Source: Candidatus Berkelbacteria bacterium (GTDB taxonomy: Bacteria > Patescibacteriota > UBA1384 > 2-12-FULL-50-11). From it: a stretch of 64,000 bases of DNA. Each line of letters begins with the position of its first letter. Within the stretch, counting starts at the first letter, position 1. The notes below the pieces were generated by a model. That model was not told the DNA's origin and made no database searches. It worked only from the letters and a program-made list of their open reading frames with translations. Shown here piece after piece: positions 59,060-64,000 of this stretch. The translations under genes and the position numbers were made by a program. Location of the stretch: positions 458,561 through 522,560 of the forward strand of contig CP066697.1 in the NCBI GenBank assembly GCA_016432625.1. The letters are read 5' to 3'.

Positions 59060-62440
<3,381 letters not shown>

Positions 62441-62665
62441 GTTCTACGAATAGAACCGCGTTGCCTATCTGCACTTAGGTGCTTCCTGGCAACGTTACCT
62501 GTTTCAAAGTTGAAGAAATACCTTCAACTTTGGCTTGGAACCAATTTGTTAAATGTAAAACGCAGGGTCGAAAAAAACCGCTTATGGCGGCTCGGGCGCA
62601 GTCGGAAAAAATATCCGCTTATCTAGCCTTGGCCTCCTTGTAGTTTTTTCACCATGTACTTTTCG

Positions 62666-62695
62666 GTTTTACCACAGCTTAATATGGAGTGTCAA
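62666..62695 (-). promoter_or_regulatory. Candidate sigma70 promoter for the 23S-5S operon
   Basis: TTGACA, 18-nt spacer, TAAAAC on the minus strand, ~220 nt upstream of the 23S 5' end. Confidence 0.3.
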
Positions 62696-62719
62696 CACCT
62701 TAATCACCAACCCAAGCCG

Positions 62720-63157
62720 TTACTTCTTTCCGGTCGAGCCGAAACCGCCCCGCGATTTTTGGCCGAGCGCGTCGCGCGAGATTTCCTTCCATTCAATCTT
62801 CGGTAACGGCGCAATATAGCCTTGAGCCATTCTTTGATGCTTTTCAATCGAAATTGGCGTGTCGGTAAAGTTCCTGACCTGAAGAAATAGCTCATCATCC
62901 GGACCCGAGTAGTCAGAGTCAACAATGCCCACGCCGTGCGGCATATGATAGCCATGACGCGGTGAGCTGGAGCGTGGCTGTAAGATCAGAACGTAGCCCG
63001 ACGGAACGCGCATAACCAGACCAGTCCTTAGATTGGCAATCTCTCCTGGGGCTAAAGTTTTCTCCTCGATTGTTTCGAGGTCAAAACAAGCAGCGCCGGC
63101 GGTTTTATACTCGGGTAGGTGTGCCTCTGGATCAATCCGACAAATTTCAACTTCCAT
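62720..63157 (-). CDS. dut: dUTP diphosphatase
   Basis: dUTPase motifs I-V (AGAACFDL, RSS, GIVDSDYSG, RGGFGSTG). Confidence 0.85.
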   Translation of the reverse strand: MEVEICRIDPEAHLPEYKTAGAACFDLETIEEKTLAPGEIANLRTGLVMRVPSGYVLILQPRSSSPRHGYHMPHGVGIVDSDYSGPDDELFLQVRNFTDTPISIEKHQRMAQGYIAPLPKIEWKEISRDALGQKSRGGFGSTGKK

Positions 63158-63251
63158 TCCCTCATTTATACTGTCTTTTGCCGAAATCCCAAATAGCCTT
63201 GGGAGCTAATAATTACCCTTTAGGGCCAAGAAATTATCTAGGCTAGTAGTG

Positions 63252-63280
63252 TTGACTTCGAACCATATAAATGGTAAGCT
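63252..63280 (+). promoter_or_regulatory. Sigma70-like promoter copy 1 (TTGACT-17-TAAGCT, TGG extended -10)
   Basis: 27-nt element repeated at 63882-63910. Confidence 0.4.
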
Positions 63281-63324
63281 TCCTCGACACGTCAGGATCA
63301 TTCCGAAACGTGGGGAAATCGAAC

Positions 63325-63804
63325 ATGAAATCAACGAAGCTTACACTCGTCATGGCCTTTTTGGCCCTCGTCCTTATGCTCGCTGGTTGTGCCGGCGAAG
63401 GCGTCGCGGCGACCTCTAACCAGTTCTCCGGCCGCTTCAGCGGCGACATCGTCTTTGAAGCCGGTGGTCGCGGTGGCGGTCCGTCGCTGCAGCTTTACCC
63501 TTTCACCATCAGCGACGACGGCACGCTTGCAGGAACGGCGACGTTCCAAGACGAGCAGGGCTCTCACCAAGGACCGATCACCGGGACTCTCACGCCTAGC
63601 GGCAAATTCGACCTTTCCACCAAGATGGAGGGCCTCGAGTTCACCGCCAGCGGCCAAGGCCTGCGCTGGGTCGTCGAATCGCAGACGCGCGGTGGTGGAC
63701 CGTCGCAATACGTGCTCGGCACCGTCACGGTGACGCAACGCAAAAACGACAGCCCCTACGGCCAGGTCTGGGCCAACTCCAGAGTCATGTTCTGGCAGGA
63801 GTAG
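63325..63804 (+). CDS. Lipoprotein (lipobox LAGC), GC-rich gene
   Basis: MKSTKLTLVMAFLALVLMLAGC signal; two RGGGPS repeats; ~65% GC. Confidence 0.6.
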   Translation: MKSTKLTLVMAFLALVLMLAGCAGEGVAATSNQFSGRFSGDIVFEAGGRGGGPSLQLYPFTISDDGTLAGTATFQDEQGSHQGPITGTLTPSGKFDLSTKMEGLEFTASGQGLRWVVESQTRGGGPSQYVLGTVTVTQRKNDSPYGQVWANSRVMFWQE

Positions 63805-63825
63805 CTACCCCGTCCGCACCCGAGC

Positions 63826-63858
63826 AGGGCGGCCCAAATTGGGCCGCCCGCTTTTTAT
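63826..63858 (+). terminator. Rho-independent terminator
   Basis: GGGCGGCCC-AAATT-GGGCCGCCC followed by TTTTTAT. Confidence 0.7.
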
Positions 63859-63881
63859 ATAGAAAATACCCCTCAAAACCA

Positions 63882-63910
63882 TTGACTCCAAACCATATAA
63901 ATGGTAGAAT
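63882..63910 (+). promoter_or_regulatory. Sigma70-like promoter copy 2 (TTGACT-17-TGGTAGAAT)
   Basis: Consensus -35, 17-nt spacer, extended -10. Confidence 0.5.
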
Positions 63911-63938
63911 TCGCCTACCCAATTTGGGGTGCACACCA

Positions 63939-64000
63939 TGAAAAAAATCTGGACGCTTGTTGTTCTCTCGGCCCTGCTCCTTACCGGATGCGGTGGCAAC
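63939..64000 (+). CDS. Lipoprotein, 5' partial (MKKIWTLVVLSALLLTGCGGN...)
   Basis: Lipobox LTGC; runs off the window. Confidence 0.5.

Overview
This 64-kb window reads as chromosomal DNA from a small-genome, CPR/Patescibacteria-like bacterium (inferred from gene content). Almost all genes are on the minus strand. Content, in coordinate order: (1) a recombination and housekeeping block: cysS, a Zn-ribbon acidic protein, recR, topA, dprA, pepF, rplK, nusG, secE, rplU, rodA. (2) A large type IV pilus locus at 11583-23514: rnhA, PilX-like, three pseudopilins, two pilins, pilD, pilC, pilT, pilB, PilO-like, PilN-like. (3) A tRNA and ribosomal-protein island: tRNA-Trp, Thr(GGU), Tyr, Thr(UGU), Pro, with rpmG, rpmB, dCMP deaminase, holB-like. 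(4) argS, an orphan pilin, tyrS, PBP1A, radA, recJ. (5) A compact dcw cluster: mraZ, rsmH, ftsL, ftsI, murF, mraY, murD, ftsW, murG, murC, murB, ftsQ; murE, ddl, ftsA and ftsZ are absent. (6) glyQS, alr, recO. (7) A 23S-5S rRNA operon with no 16S; the 23S carries a ~427-bp group-I-like intron. (8) dut and GC-rich lipoprotein genes. I did not find a CRISPR array, a recognisable defence island or a prophage. The most unusual signals are: short recoded (synonymous-only) duplications at three gene boundaries in the pilus and dcw loci; a murD-uORF-ftsW overlapping-codon (ATGA) chain; the 23S intron; a 4x GTGGR MraZ-box operator; duplicated tRNA 3'-ends; RNase HI coupled to the minor-pilin operon; and several unexplained structured non-coding gaps.
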